DNA from: Anthoceros angustus
Taxonomy: Eukaryota; Plantae; Anthocerotophyta
Direction: 5' to 3'
NCBI GenBank assembly: GCA_010909165.1
Contig: VJWM01000324.1
Location: 5,559-69,558 of the forward strand
DNA: 64,000 nucleotides
In this document: one piece after another, positions 24,401-35,900 of the stretch
How positions within the stretch are numbered: the first letter of the stretch is position 1
Layout of the letters: each line of letters opens with the position of its first letter
Translations under genes and position numbers: made by a program
The notes under the pieces: model-generated
Databases searched by the model: none
What the model was told of the DNA's origin: nothing
The model's input: only the letters and a program-made list of their open reading frames with translations

Positions 24401-25513
24401 CTATGTCGGCCCGGCTGAAACGCTCATTCCTTACGAAAGGGTTTTCCTGTGGTTCTGGCGAAGGCCTCACACTGGGTCCGAGAGCAGATGCCTGTGCCTT
24501 GATCAGATAGCTGGGAATTTTGAGCAAGAGTGCCTCTTTCTCCAGAAGTCCTGGAACCTGAGATAGGTCATTCTGGGGTTTAGGTTCTACTGAATTCCCC
24601 ATCTCGTCTCCTGGCACTCTGCATTAGAAACACCAGCTCAGAAGGACCAGCCCGCATGCGCAAGCACCACCAAAGCTGGTTGCAGTGGCAAGCAAAGCAA
24701 TGCTAACCTGGGAGTTTGCACCGCGTTCGGATTGGGGACATGTCCCTCTGCTTTGTTGGACAGAGGTGAGGTGGGTTCGCGCTCAGGAAGCAGCGTGACA
24801 AAGGACATAGGCCGCGAGGGACTCCTAGGCCGGTGCTCACACTTCGGGTCCCCATCCTCGCAGCTGCAGATGGGCGTGTTGGTGAGCAGCGGACCTAGCT
24901 TCAAACTGGGCCGTTGAGCTGAAGACGGAGTGGCAGCCCTTGATACATGGGCCTCGGGAGAGGGAGAACGGGACAGGGACGGAGAGCCAGGAGAAGACGG
25001 AGAGGTGCTGGAAGAGCCTCGTCTCCTGTGAGAGCCCTTAGGGGAGGCGACAGGCGGAGAGGGAGAGTTGAAGAAGCTTCGGGAAGGGGAAGATCCGCTC
25101 GGTGGAGAAGGCGACCGAGCCCTGCTGCTCCGACCCGAGGCAGGCGAGGCAGAGAACCAGCGGGAGACGGGCAGCAGCTCCGGCGACGGAGACCTCCGGT
25201 ACGCAGCCCCAACCTCCGGCGTGGAGCTGCGGCTGGGACGCCTGGAAGCCTCCCGGGACAGCGCCCTGGGGGCATTGTAGGCCTCTTCCAGTCGCTCATC
25301 TTCCCTGCCCTTGATGGCACCCTCGTACTCCACCCAATTCATACTGATGTTGCTTTCTTTCCGGCTGGCAGCCCTGCCCTTGCGAGGTGGCGAGGCGGAG
25401 CGGCTGTTCCGAGCCGCCGCTGGTCTCACTGGTCGTGAGGGAGAGGAGGGTCTATTGTCGGCACCTGCCTCCTTCACTGGTGCGCTCGCCTTCTTGTTCT
25501 TATCCACGGCCAT
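18471..25513 (-). CDS. Large multi-exon protein with axonemal dynein light chain domain (AXDND1-like), coiled coils, TSNAXIP1-like region and C-terminal EF-hand-like motif
   Basis: Splicing ...AFLEIVRQ to exon 22656-22582 gives VRIHCEDRGNLLLHLW, matching the p28/Ax_dynein_light core FDELIRQVTINCAERGLLL. C-terminal region IYTAKIEADIIDD...EFIYDHMLHQYGLKKLSE. EF-hand-like LFIAGDVTQEGLLTFNDFRDII. S/R/P-rich N-terminus. Start codon is uncertain. Confidence 0.72.
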
Positions 25514-26551
25514 CGCTGCCAACCCTGATATGGGATCAAGAGCCCACCACCAGAAACATGCATGTGGCGTTGTTTCTTAGCAGTTTCACCAAAACCCACC
25601 CAAGAGAGGTTTTCGAACGCTGTCCGCTGGCTCGCACGCACGCTTCCATCACCAAGAGGCCCGGCAACAGGCATGCCTTTGTCATTGAAGTGGGACGAAG
25701 AAAGAGCCAGCTGGTCTCATGTACAGAAAGGCAAGGTGACCGTTACTAACTGCCCCGCGCTTCCCCTTCACGTTCGGCGGACATTTTACCTCGTCTCATA
25801 ACTCATCAGGAATCGTAACGGATAAACGAATTCTCGTGATTTTTTAGAGTTGTCCCTCTCAAAATTTTCATCACTTCAAACTCTCCATATCAAACTCGCA
25901 GAGTTGCCAAGCCTTCCATGTCTCCATGGAGAAGCACACAATATGTCAATCTCTTGGCAGCTATTCATGTACAACTTTTCCACGCCGTCCTACACTGCTT
26001 AAAGCGTCCAGTCGCCACCCATGACAAATGATGCTAGCTCATCGGCAGATGTCAACTGTAAGTTTTCCCTGGTCCTCAATAGCCGCTTCAAATCCCACTG
26101 TAACATATCATGCCGCAAAACCTGCCTTGCCACCACTGTGTACCAACTGTGCAAGGTCCGAAGGCCACCAAAAACCTCGGTGACGTATAATCATTTCCTG
26201 CCGCAGCAGAAAGGTATAAGTTACGTAGTATCTAGTGGCTGCCGTGCCTCACAGGCACAAGCTGGCCAGGGAACCTGAGGTAGTGCAAACTATCCTTGAA
26301 GATTAACCAAAAGGATCCCTCCCTATTTCCTCGTTCGACCACCTTGGCTCGGCCAGATACACAGGTACACTCCTAGAAAAATCTCCTGTCCTTCATCAAG
26401 GATGACCCTTTTCAGTCCGATGCTGTTGGCAGTTGGATCACATGATGAAATTAGGGGGAAAGGCCGATTTGGCAGTCACCTGACAAGAGTTCCTCAACAA
26501 TGTCCCCACGCGGGGACGACAGAGGCTGCATCTGCTGCGCCTGGAGCCAGG

Positions 26552-27523
26552 TCACCGTTTTGAAACTACATCGCCGAGCTGCTGCTTCTCCACGCGGTCG
26601 TCCAGCCACGACCTAATATCCTGCAACACAATGGCACTGACCTCATCCGGTTCCCCGTGTATGAGCGAGTGCCTGGCACCCTGATACACCTTGAACGTCT
26701 TATCCGAGCTGCCAGCCCGCTCGTACAAGGCCCTGGTGCCCTGGATGTCAGCCACCATGTCGCAGGCGCCGTGCAGCGCAAGGAAGGGCAAGGCACATCG
26801 CTCGAAGTTGCGATCGAAGTAGTCACACACCCGCAGGATCTCCCGCATGGTCCCGATCCTGCGCTTCCCCGTATACAGCCTAGGATTGGCAGCGATGGCC
26901 TGGGCCTTGGCCGACCCAGCCTGATTCGGCCTCCGCCTCTCGGGCACCACGGCCCAGCTGTCCGCCAAGCTCAGCACGGGGTAGCCCGTGAGCTTCACCC
27001 ACCACGGCGGCATCATGCGCTCGGGAACCCTGAGCAAGGGCGCGCTCAGCACCGCCCCCGCCCAGCCCTCCGGGTCCTGCCAGTGCATAAGCAGCGTCAC
27101 CGCCCCGCCCAGCGACTCCCCGAACAGAAATGCCGGCAGCCCCTTGTGCTTCTCCCGCACGGCCTGGAAGAACTCCAGCTGCGCCTCCGCAAAGGCATCC
27201 AGGCTGAAGACGTAGCCCTGCAGCCCCTCGGATCGGCCGTGCCCCAGCAGGTCCGCCGCCGCCGCAATGTAACCCCACCTCGCCACCTCCATAGCCAGGC
27301 TCTGGAACAGCCAGCCCGTGTCGTTGCCATAACCGTGCGACAAGCACACCACCCCCTTCACTCCTTCCGAACCCTCATCGCCCTCCGCCCTTTCGAAGAT
27401 TTGCGTGAAGATGGAGCCGTGCCGGGTTACAAATCGTGACTTGCTGTTCTTCACGCCCTGCCTGGCGTAAAACTCCTCCTCCGGCTCGGCTCCCCAGTAG
27501 TTTAGCTCCTCGCTGACCACCAT
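26552..27523 (-). CDS. CSE: Caffeoyl shikimate esterase / lysophospholipase-2-type alpha/beta hydrolase (intronless, 323 aa)
   Basis: NYWG..PEEEFY..QGVKNSKS, HGYGNDTGW, ADLLGHGRSEG, nucleophile GESLGG, NPRLYTGKRRIGTMREILR and HSLIHGEPDE, all colinear with Arabidopsis CSE as I recall it. Confidence 0.9.
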   Translation of the reverse strand: MVVSEELNYWGAEPEEEFYARQGVKNSKSRFVTRHGSIFTQIFERAEGDEGSEGVKGVVCLSHGYGNDTGWLFQSLAMEVARWGYIAAAADLLGHGRSEGLQGYVFSLDAFAEAQLEFFQAVREKHKGLPAFLFGESLGGAVTLLMHWQDPEGWAGAVLSAPLLRVPERMMPPWWVKLTGYPVLSLADSWAVVPERRRPNQAGSAKAQAIAANPRLYTGKRRIGTMREILRVCDYFDRNFERCALPFLALHGACDMVADIQGTRALYERAGSSDKTFKVYQGARHSLIHGEPDEVSAIVLQDIRSWLDDRVEKQQLGDVVSKR

Positions 27524-27987
27524 GGCTCGCGTGCAGAGCTGAGCTGCCTGCGCTCCGGGGAATGGCAGTTTGCAGATTCTCAGCGAGTCCACTTAGGATG
27601 GAACTTTCCTTGGTGTTCCTAAGCTGAACAGAATGCTAACAGCCACGTTCCTGTAAATCTGTGTCCCTTTGGCCTATGCCATTTGGACACACATATGCGC
27701 CGTCTAATCGAAATGGTGGTGGGACGCCGTGACAATGACGAGACCTCACAGACATCCGATGGTACCGGTCGTGTCGACCACCTTTCAGACCACTGGGACT
27801 GACGATGGATGCAAGCGGGTCGTGACAAGCTGCATTGCAGAGTTTATTACATGAGTGCGTGTACAATGCGTACACAAAGAATGGTGGTTTTCCAAGCCTA
27901 GGGCCTGAAAAAATATTTACACTCTCATACCCCTTACAAAATCGGAGTTTGGAGTCGCAAACCCAAGGGTCTCGAGACGACTCCTCC

Positions 27988-28974
27988 TCAGGTGGAGATG
28001 GCGCAGGCGGAAGTGGCGGGATTCCACAGCGATGGCACAAGGTAGCGACTTCTCTTGAGGCCATAGACGTTGAAGTTGCCTCCGGTTTTGGCGTCGGTGC
28101 GGAGGTCGCCGGGGTAGCCGGGGAAGGAGTTGGGGCCGTAGTTGCCAGAGCAGGCGGTGGCGGCTTCCAAGGGAGCGAGGGCGTCGCCCTGGTAGTAGGC
28201 GTTGCCGAAGGGGTTGGTGCTGGCGCCGGCCAGCATGGAGGCAATGTTGATCACCATGCCGTCGATGCCGACGTCGCCGTTGGGGGACTTGGCCGGGGCG
28301 GTGGTGGGGGCGCCGGGGAAGGCCGGGGCGGCGAAGGGCCAGGCGCACATGCCGGGGCACTGGCTGCCGGAGTTCCCGACCCAGGCGAAGGGGAGCTTCG
28401 CGGATCCCTTGAGCACGGCGTGGCTGCCACAGGAATTCATGCAGAAGTCCTCCACGGCGATGTCGGCCGCGGTTAGGAGGAAGTAGAGGCCGTGCGCGTC
28501 CACCGGGAGCTTCTTGGAGTCCAGAGCCTGCTGCACCAGAGAATCCAGGTCGGCCTGCTTGAGGTTCTTGCCCAGGGAGCCCTTGTCTGCGGCCTGCCCT
28601 GCCAGCTTCACGGCCGCGGGGACGGCATCGCCGCTGGCATCCTTGTAGCCGGCTGTGAGCTTCCACCAGCTGGTCACGCTGGGGCTCCTTCCCCCGCTCA
28701 GCTCGATGGACTTGATGAAGCCGTTGAGGATGTGCTTCTGCACCCGGGAGAAGGCGCCGTACCACAGAATGTAGACATTGATGCCAGCCCCGGCCCCGAG
28801 CACATTCCCGCCGTGATACTCCAGGACCAGGGGCTGATCCGGCACCAGGGCCTTTAGCGCACGCCTTCCCGCAGTGCGCTCCTCAGTGCTGCTCAGAACC
28901 CTGCCTTGTGCCTGCGCTGCGGTGATTGCCAGAAGGAGAAGAATGCCGATGCAGCAGACGCCTGATCCAGCCAT
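27988..28974 (-). CDS. EXO: EXORDIUM / PHI-1 family secreted protein (intronless, 328 aa)
   Basis: Signal peptide. LEYHGG.VL, LWYG.F, FCMNSCGSH, WVGNS..QCPGMCAWPF, PNGDVGIDGMVINIA, NPFGNAYYQG.A.APLEAATAC and LVPSLWNP. Confidence 0.95.
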   Translation of the reverse strand: MAGSGVCCIGILLLLAITAAQAQGRVLSSTEERTAGRRALKALVPDQPLVLEYHGGNVLGAGAGINVYILWYGAFSRVQKHILNGFIKSIELSGGRSPSVTSWWKLTAGYKDASGDAVPAAVKLAGQAADKGSLGKNLKQADLDSLVQQALDSKKLPVDAHGLYFLLTAADIAVEDFCMNSCGSHAVLKGSAKLPFAWVGNSGSQCPGMCAWPFAAPAFPGAPTTAPAKSPNGDVGIDGMVINIASMLAGASTNPFGNAYYQGDALAPLEAATACSGNYGPNSFPGYPGDLRTDAKTGGNFNVYGLKRSRYLVPSLWNPATSACAIST

Positions 28975-29824
28975 GCCTTCCGATAAGTGTGAGACTCGCC
29001 ACGGGCGGAGAAGGATCAGCTCCGGTAGCAAGTGCGGAAAGCAAGGGAAGCGGGGGAGGCAGGTGCTGAAGGAATGTGGCAAGTGTAGCAGGAGGTGCGG
29101 TGGAAAGAGGAGATGGAAGCGGAGGACGGCGAGGAGCTGTGGGTGGAGTTGGGAGGCCGCCATGGCGCTATAAGGGCAGGCAGTCAGGCAGGCAGGCAGG
29201 CAAGGCGCGGGAGGCGAGCTGTCCCCAGCGCGAAGCTGCTCGAGCAGGGGAAGAGAGCGCGGAACTTGCTGGCAGCCAGCTTGCACCTGCCAGGAAAGCC
29301 GCTCCAATCTCAGCTGTCATCAACGGTCACTTTTCATACGCTGTCCGCCTGTCCGGACACGGATGGCTTGCCTCCGTCACGATTCCCGACGTTTCTTTCA
29401 CTCATAACAATCGCATCAAGATCAAATTGCCTGGCTGTCTGAACATGTACCAATCGCATCGAAATCGAATTGCCTGGCTGTCTGAACATAACAGCTACCA
29501 GACAGTCAGAGACTCTCAATGCCATGGAAACTTCCAGGGGTAGTGACTACCTACTTAACATGGGCATTAGGTACTGATGAGAGACTTCAGTATGTCAGTT
29601 GTGAAGCGTGGGACTGCGGATCGTCGCTGCATATGGAGCTCATTCAACTGTTCACTCTGGAGGGCGGTTCTAACCACCAAGAACAATCAGAACTCGTGGC
29701 AAAAATGGAGCCTCGCATGGTCACTGCAAGGAAGGAGGTGGGTGGGACGCGTGGCCGCACTCAAAGGTGTTGAGCTCTAGGAAGGTGAAACCAACGCAGG
29801 AAGCTGTATGCATACAGTAGAACC

Positions 29825-31906
29825 TCATTGAAGCTTCACTTTATACTTGATGACGGTGTAACCGACGGCAAGGGCTGCTGCTCCTGAAACGACTGCAGCC
29901 GGATAGCAGATCTTGCTCCACCTCGACCTTCTCTGCAACACAGACTTCAAACCCTGGAGTTCGGTCATGACCTCCCAGGTCTTCTTCTCATTGCTGCCTG
30001 CTGCAGTCCTAGCCTTCTCCAACGAATCCGCGAGCTCCTCCACCTTCTCCCTCCACATTCTCAGTTCCTCCTCCACCTTGTCTGCCGTTTCAGCGGACGA
30101 GCCGCTCATCCTCCGCAGTTCCAACTCTAAGGCCGCTTTCACACCTCTGAGGGTCTCCCGCTCCTTCAGATACTCAGTCAACTGATCTTCCACCTCAGTC
30201 AGAGTGTCCTTGGTGCTTGTCAAATCGCTCTGAGTGGCATCCAGGGAAGACTTGGTTGTCATGAGCTCGTCCTCCAGGGCCTCCTTCACCCCATGCAGAG
30301 TGCCAATTTCTCTCCTCAATGCCTCGCTGCTTTCTGCTTCCCTTTCTATTCTTCGGGTAGCCTTATCAGCCTCTGTGACGGCCGCAGAGAGCTCCTCCTC
30401 TAAGTCTCCAACTCTTTCTTCCAGATAGTGCACTCTAGCTTGCACCTCGTCATTATCTTTGCTCACTTGCTGCAGCTGCACTGACGTTTCTGCTAGCATG
30501 CCTTCCACCCTCTGCTTCTCTTGTTTCTCCCTCCCGAGGTCATATTGCAGTGTATCACAGGACCTATTGGCTTCATCAAGGGCTTCCTCTGCAGCCTTGA
30601 GGTTATCTGACATTGCTGTCAGCTGGTCCTCCAGCTCCACTTTTAAGGCAATCATCCTTTTTGCCTCAGCCTCCGCATGACCCTGCTGGATCTGCAGATT
30701 CCCATGCTCCCTTGAGAGCTCCATGTGCAGGTGGTGTAGAGTATCCACCTCTTCCTTGAGCTCAGTCACTATAGCCGTGGCATCGGCAAAGGCCTGCTCA
30801 GTTTCTCCAAGCCTGGTGGCCATTGTAGCCAACTGCTGCTCCGACTCCTGCAAAGCCTGCTCAAGTTGAGTCTTCTCCTTAGACAAAGCAAGGATCTGCT
30901 CTGAAAGTGAAGCATTCTCAGCTGCTAGTGCTTCTTGTGCCTCTTCAGAAGCAATCTTTTCCCTTAGGAGGTCCTTGTAGCGTACGGAGAATGCCTCGTT
31001 TTTTGCTTCCAAATCGTCTATAACACCTCTGAGTTCATCCACTTCAGCAAGGTAGGTGGCGAACTTCTCTTCAGCATCCCTCCTTTCTCTCTCCAAGTCT
31101 CGCTGCTCCTGAATCAGCTCATTGTGCACTCTTCTCATCTGGTCAAGGTTGTTGGTGACCTGTGACACCTCCGTCTCCAAAGCCCGACGCTCCATGTCCA
31201 ACTCTATCTTACTATGTTCCAGCTGATTCCTCTCCTCTAACACGACCTTGTACTGACCACGAAGGCCCTCAAAAGCTTCTAACGCATCCTTAGTCTTGCT
31301 TTCGAAGACCCTATTCGTTTCCTCCAGAAATATTTTCTCAGTCAGCAATGCAGCAAGATCCTTTTGAAGACCCTCGATAAACTGTCTGGCCTCTGTAGCT
31401 TGCGTCTCAAGCTTCTGCCTCTCGTCAACAGACGATTGCAGTTCAAAATCCACCCTAGCTTTCTCATCCAACAGGTCCTTCTTCACAGATTCTAAAGTCC
31501 GCAGAGCATCTTGCGCCTTTACTGCCTGGTTGGCTCTCCCTATTCTCAATTGCTCTTCCAAGGATTTCAAATTCTCATTAAGAGTTTCCTTGTCAGCCCT
31601 AAGTGCAGACACTTTCTGCACCAAGGTATTATTAAGCTCAATCAGATTGGCAAGCCGCTCCTCATTTCCAGAGTTCTGAGACTGAGATCCTCGACTGCCT
31701 GAGAATGGAACTGCCTCAGATGAACTAGATTTGAAGTTAAATCCATCATCATTACCGGAGTTGGCTATCCCAACATCATCTGCACTTGCTGACGGTGTAT
31801 GATCTTCTCCTATGTAATCAACTCCATCGCCATTCCCAAAATCAATGCCCCCTTGCAGACTCGGGTTGCGGGGAGGCGAGTGGACATAGTCCCCGTTGGA
31901 CGTCAT
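29825..31906 (-). CDS. Long coiled-coil, tail-anchored protein (PMD1/2-like), 693 aa
   Basis: Single-exon ORF with E/L/K-rich heptads. C-terminal TM ICYPAAVVSGAAALAVGYTVI followed by a basic tail KYKVKLQ. Family assignment is tentative. Confidence 0.7.
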   Translation of the reverse strand: MTSNGDYVHSPPRNPSLQGGIDFGNGDGVDYIGEDHTPSASADDVGIANSGNDDGFNFKSSSSEAVPFSGSRGSQSQNSGNEERLANLIELNNTLVQKVSALRADKETLNENLKSLEEQLRIGRANQAVKAQDALRTLESVKKDLLDEKARVDFELQSSVDERQKLETQATEARQFIEGLQKDLAALLTEKIFLEETNRVFESKTKDALEAFEGLRGQYKVVLEERNQLEHSKIELDMERRALETEVSQVTNNLDQMRRVHNELIQEQRDLERERRDAEEKFATYLAEVDELRGVIDDLEAKNEAFSVRYKDLLREKIASEEAQEALAAENASLSEQILALSKEKTQLEQALQESEQQLATMATRLGETEQAFADATAIVTELKEEVDTLHHLHMELSREHGNLQIQQGHAEAEAKRMIALKVELEDQLTAMSDNLKAAEEALDEANRSCDTLQYDLGREKQEKQRVEGMLAETSVQLQQVSKDNDEVQARVHYLEERVGDLEEELSAAVTEADKATRRIEREAESSEALRREIGTLHGVKEALEDELMTTKSSLDATQSDLTSTKDTLTEVEDQLTEYLKERETLRGVKAALELELRRMSGSSAETADKVEEELRMWREKVEELADSLEKARTAAGSNEKKTWEVMTELQGLKSVLQRRSRWSKICYPAAVVSGAAALAVGYTVIKYKVKLQ

Positions 31907-32915
31907 GAGCTCCCCTCTCGAGTCCAAGCTTGACCTCCACAGATATGAATAACCTGTCCAGACCACCACCGGCACGGCACTGCAAGCAGGGTAGCACTCT
32001 CCATGTCAGCCCAGCACTTATTACTGGAATTCTCTTCCCTCACACATGCAAAGCCAGATCAAAGCCAAACCTCACAATCTCCATACAAATACGTTACATC
32101 CACTCTTGGACAGGAGCTATCGTTGCACATTGTAACGCAACAAACACAGCGGATGCCAGCAACATTCAACCACCGGGGCAAATCAAATGAGACCTGAAAC
32201 GCAGACCGCCGGATTCCAAAGCCCGAGTTCCTGAACTTGATCACAAACCCGCCTCTGATGGCGGCGATCATCAGCCAGTCTTGCACCTCCTCTCCGCCGC
32301 TAAGGCGGCGTCAGAATCTGGTAGCCCTCGCCGATGAAATGATCGGCAAGCAGTTACAGATTGTCCCACCGAGCGGCGCGGGTACCAAAGCTCAGCAGAC
32401 AATCGGATATCGTTGCCAATAGCCCAGAGACCGGTGTTGTGAGGCGCTACGGCCTTCTCCGCCTTCAAATCACAACTGGAACGGATAGTTCTGTGGAATC
32501 CTGGCGAGCATTCTCGAATCGAGTGCCTGCATATTAAATGCAAGCAACAATCCCGGGGGGAAGTGAAGGGCAGTGTGATGGCGAACTTTGCAACCCTAAA
32601 CTAGACCGAAGCTAACAAGCTAACAACAACGTTAGCCGATTAAGTTTATCATGTTTTTGCTTCCATTTACCTTTCTTTTCAACTCCCGCGTTCCGGTATT
32701 TTGAATTTCTCAGCCTCTTGCTTGCACGCTCCGTAGGCCAAAGCTCCAGGGGCCAAGTTCGAGCCTTCGGAAAGCTGGATTATACTCCTGGATTTGGGTT
32801 TCTGTGAGAATGGTCCTGGATGTGAGACAGAAATGCAGAGTGGCAGCAGACGGAAGCTGTTGCAGGAGAATTTCTGGGTGCAGTCTTGAGTCGTTGTAAG
32901 GCAGTTCACATGGGT

Positions 32916-35900
32916 ATGGAGGACGATGGGTTGGCAGCGCATGTCTGCTCCTTGATAGAAGCTGGGGCCAGAGAGTGCGAGAGCCTCTCTAGCGGGGATG
33001 GGGGTTCGTGCAGTAGTGCTTCTGGAGGGTCGCTTCCCGAAGGCCTGCTGTCGGAATTGCACAAGCTGTTTGCCGAGGCGCACTCTGGGGGGGAGAGGTC
33101 TAATTTGGATTCTGGGTTTTGGAACGAGCTTGCTGAGAGGCGAGTGTCGTTGGCAGCCTTTGTGGGAGGGCTGTCGCGGAGTATGGAGGAGAGTGGCACC
33201 GGTGGGCTCAAGGCTGCAGCTGTTTACCTTGGTCTGATGCTCGTAAAAGATTGTCCTCTCTACAGCCTGTTTAATCCGCTGGCATTCCATGTTATGACCC
33301 AGTGCGTCCGCAGCTGCTGCAATCCCAGTAGAGCCGTGCAGGAGAGCAAGGCGCCGCAGGGGAAGGTGAAGGTGAAGGGGAAGGGGAAGAAAGGGAAGCG
33401 AGGCCGTGGGCTGGAGTCTTCCAGGGATAGTGCAGGTTGCGAAACGGAGGTGGACGAGGCTTCGCCCAGTCAGGAGCAGGCGTCGCAGGGAGATGAGCAG
33501 GAGCAGTCTCAAGGCAGAAAGGAGGTTGCCAGTGTGCAGGATCTTGTACTATTTCTGGGGGCTTTGCAGAACGTGTTGCACAGTTTGCATTTGAAGGAGC
33601 ATCCGGACACGTTGAAGATTGTGGTGGAGCTTGTCGTCGATTTGCCACTCCTTGTAGCCGACTTGGAAGAAGATGAGGAGAGTGGTGCATCTCGGGGAGG
33701 AGGCAAGGTTCGAAGGATGGCTAAGGCAGGCTCCACGTCTGTTTTGATCATGTCTTTCAGTGTTCTACGAGGCCTCCTGGATGCTTCTCATGGAGATGTG
33801 ATGGATACAGCGGTTATGGTCCTGCGAGCTCTCACGCCTAGCATACTTTGTACTCAAGCAGCAGGAACCGCGTATCAGAAAGGGAAAATTCGAGCAGCAG
33901 CTCTTGAGTTCGTGTCTGCTGAGCTTGCGTCCAACAGAGATGTTCGAGAAGCAGTTGTGGCTGTTACAAGATATCTCTGTCTTAAAGCCCCAGAGAAAGT
34001 CGAAGCACGTAGCCTGGCCGTGGAGGCTGTGGTGATGATTGTGAAGAGCTTGGGGCCCTCGGAATGGGGGCGTTTAGGAAAGTTTGTAGCAAAGCTTTCA
34101 AGGGGAAAGCCTCGTCACCGGCTTCTTGCTGTAGATGTTGCGGTTGCCCTGTTCGAAAAGCTGCCCGATCCTTTTGAGAGAGATGTAGAAGCATATGTCA
34201 CTAGCCCCAGAACAGGCTCGACTTCTCAGGGCGCTGAAGACAAGGCAGAAAGCAAGCATTTGGCATCTCCCGACAAAGGTGAAGATGGTGAAGCCGTAGG
34301 CTCAACAGTGAATCACTCTTGGGGAGTCTTTTGCGTAGAGGCTATACTGCATCGATGCTCTGACAAAGTCCCCACTATCCGTGCCAGGGCTTTGGGAAAT
34401 CTGGGCCAGGTGGTTGAGCTTCTGTCCGGGAAAATCAGATGTCGAGGACACCTGCAGACTTTGCTGGGTTTTGTCAATTCACCGGCAGCACATACTGGGT
34501 GCCCTGCACGGACAGATGATGCTGTGGACAACTGTGAAACGCCTATGCTCCTTGACCACACACCTGATGTGGACGAATGTGGCCCCTCAGCAACCCCTTT
34601 GACTCCAGGGGCAGGACATGGGGACTTGGGATCTCTTCTTCGAAGAAGATCCCTTGATGAGAAGGCAGGTGTTCGGAAAGCAGCTCTTTTTCTGATGAAA
34701 AAGACCGCTGCTCTGTCTGGAAAGCCTCCCGATGAGGCTACTCTGCAAGCCATGGGAGCGGCCTGTGCTGATCCCCTGGTCACTATCAGGAAGGCCGCTC
34801 TTTCTGCCCTTACAGAGGTAACTACTTATGGCGTTCACCTTTCAGGATTGTGCTCACCTTCAGGTCAGCTCTATTATGAATTGACTCTCCACCTATGGAA
34901 CATGCGCAGGTGTTGAGGAAATTTCCGGGAGATCAAAAGGTGATCCTGGAATGGCTGCAATCTGCTTTGCCTTTGGCACTGGATAACGAAACGTCCATAC
35001 AGGATGAATGCCTGGATATGTTTCAGGAGATCGTCCTTGATAGAATTGCTACAATTTCGGCCATTAAGCTCGCAAGTCTGAATGTTCGTCTGCAACGGAC
35101 AAGGGGTAAGAGGAAGGGTCAAGGACCTAGCATTGATGAGCAGCATCAAGACTTTCAAGAAATATTGCCTCCTGGGATTCTCGATACTCTGAAAGGGATG
35201 GCGGATGGAGGGGCTGTAGCTTCCTGTGTGAAGCAAATCTGCACCGGTCTAGGCAAGAGGAACCGTGTAAGACCTGGTGTAGCGTTAGCCTTACAGAACA
35301 TTATTAATGCCTCTTGTTCAAAACCCTCCAGGAGGAGGAGGTATGATGCAGCACCTGAAGGAGCCTGGATGCTCTTGGCTGAAGTGTCTGCCTTTGTCCC
35401 AAAAGCTGTGGGTTGGGACTTTCTGCGGACCCATTGGCAGCTGCTGGAAAAGCAAGACAGGTCGAAAAGAATTCCTGGAGTTCAGGAGGCCATGAGCACA
35501 CCGTACTCATGCTCTAAGCCACAAACCCCTGGGCTGGGTGAAGAACAGAACGGGAACAATTTTGTGTCTGCAGCTTGGGCTGCTGACAGGGTGCATCTTC
35601 TGCAGACTATATCAAACATAGCTTTGGAACTTCCATCAGAAGCTGTCTATGATCTAGCCTCAGAGTTGCTTTCACATCTGGAGGCCTTCAACATGCATCC
35701 TGCAGAGGTATGATCTCGTTTCATTCTTTTAATCTCTGTGACGTATTTGCAGAATTTGCACAAGACTCGAAGAATTTGGTGCCAAACGCTGCTAAGATAA
35801 CCCCCTCCTGTCCAGGTTGCAGCACATGTCAAGGCACTAGCTACTCTCTGCAGACGAAAAGCTGACATTCAGGAGCAGGGTGATGAGCTTGTTTCTGTGT

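Noticed and set aside
11887-28974. PHL plus PHI-1/EXORDIUM as a phosphate gene cluster
   Set aside because: Unrelated genes lie between them and EXO proteins are not established PHR pathway members; proximity alone is not evidence.
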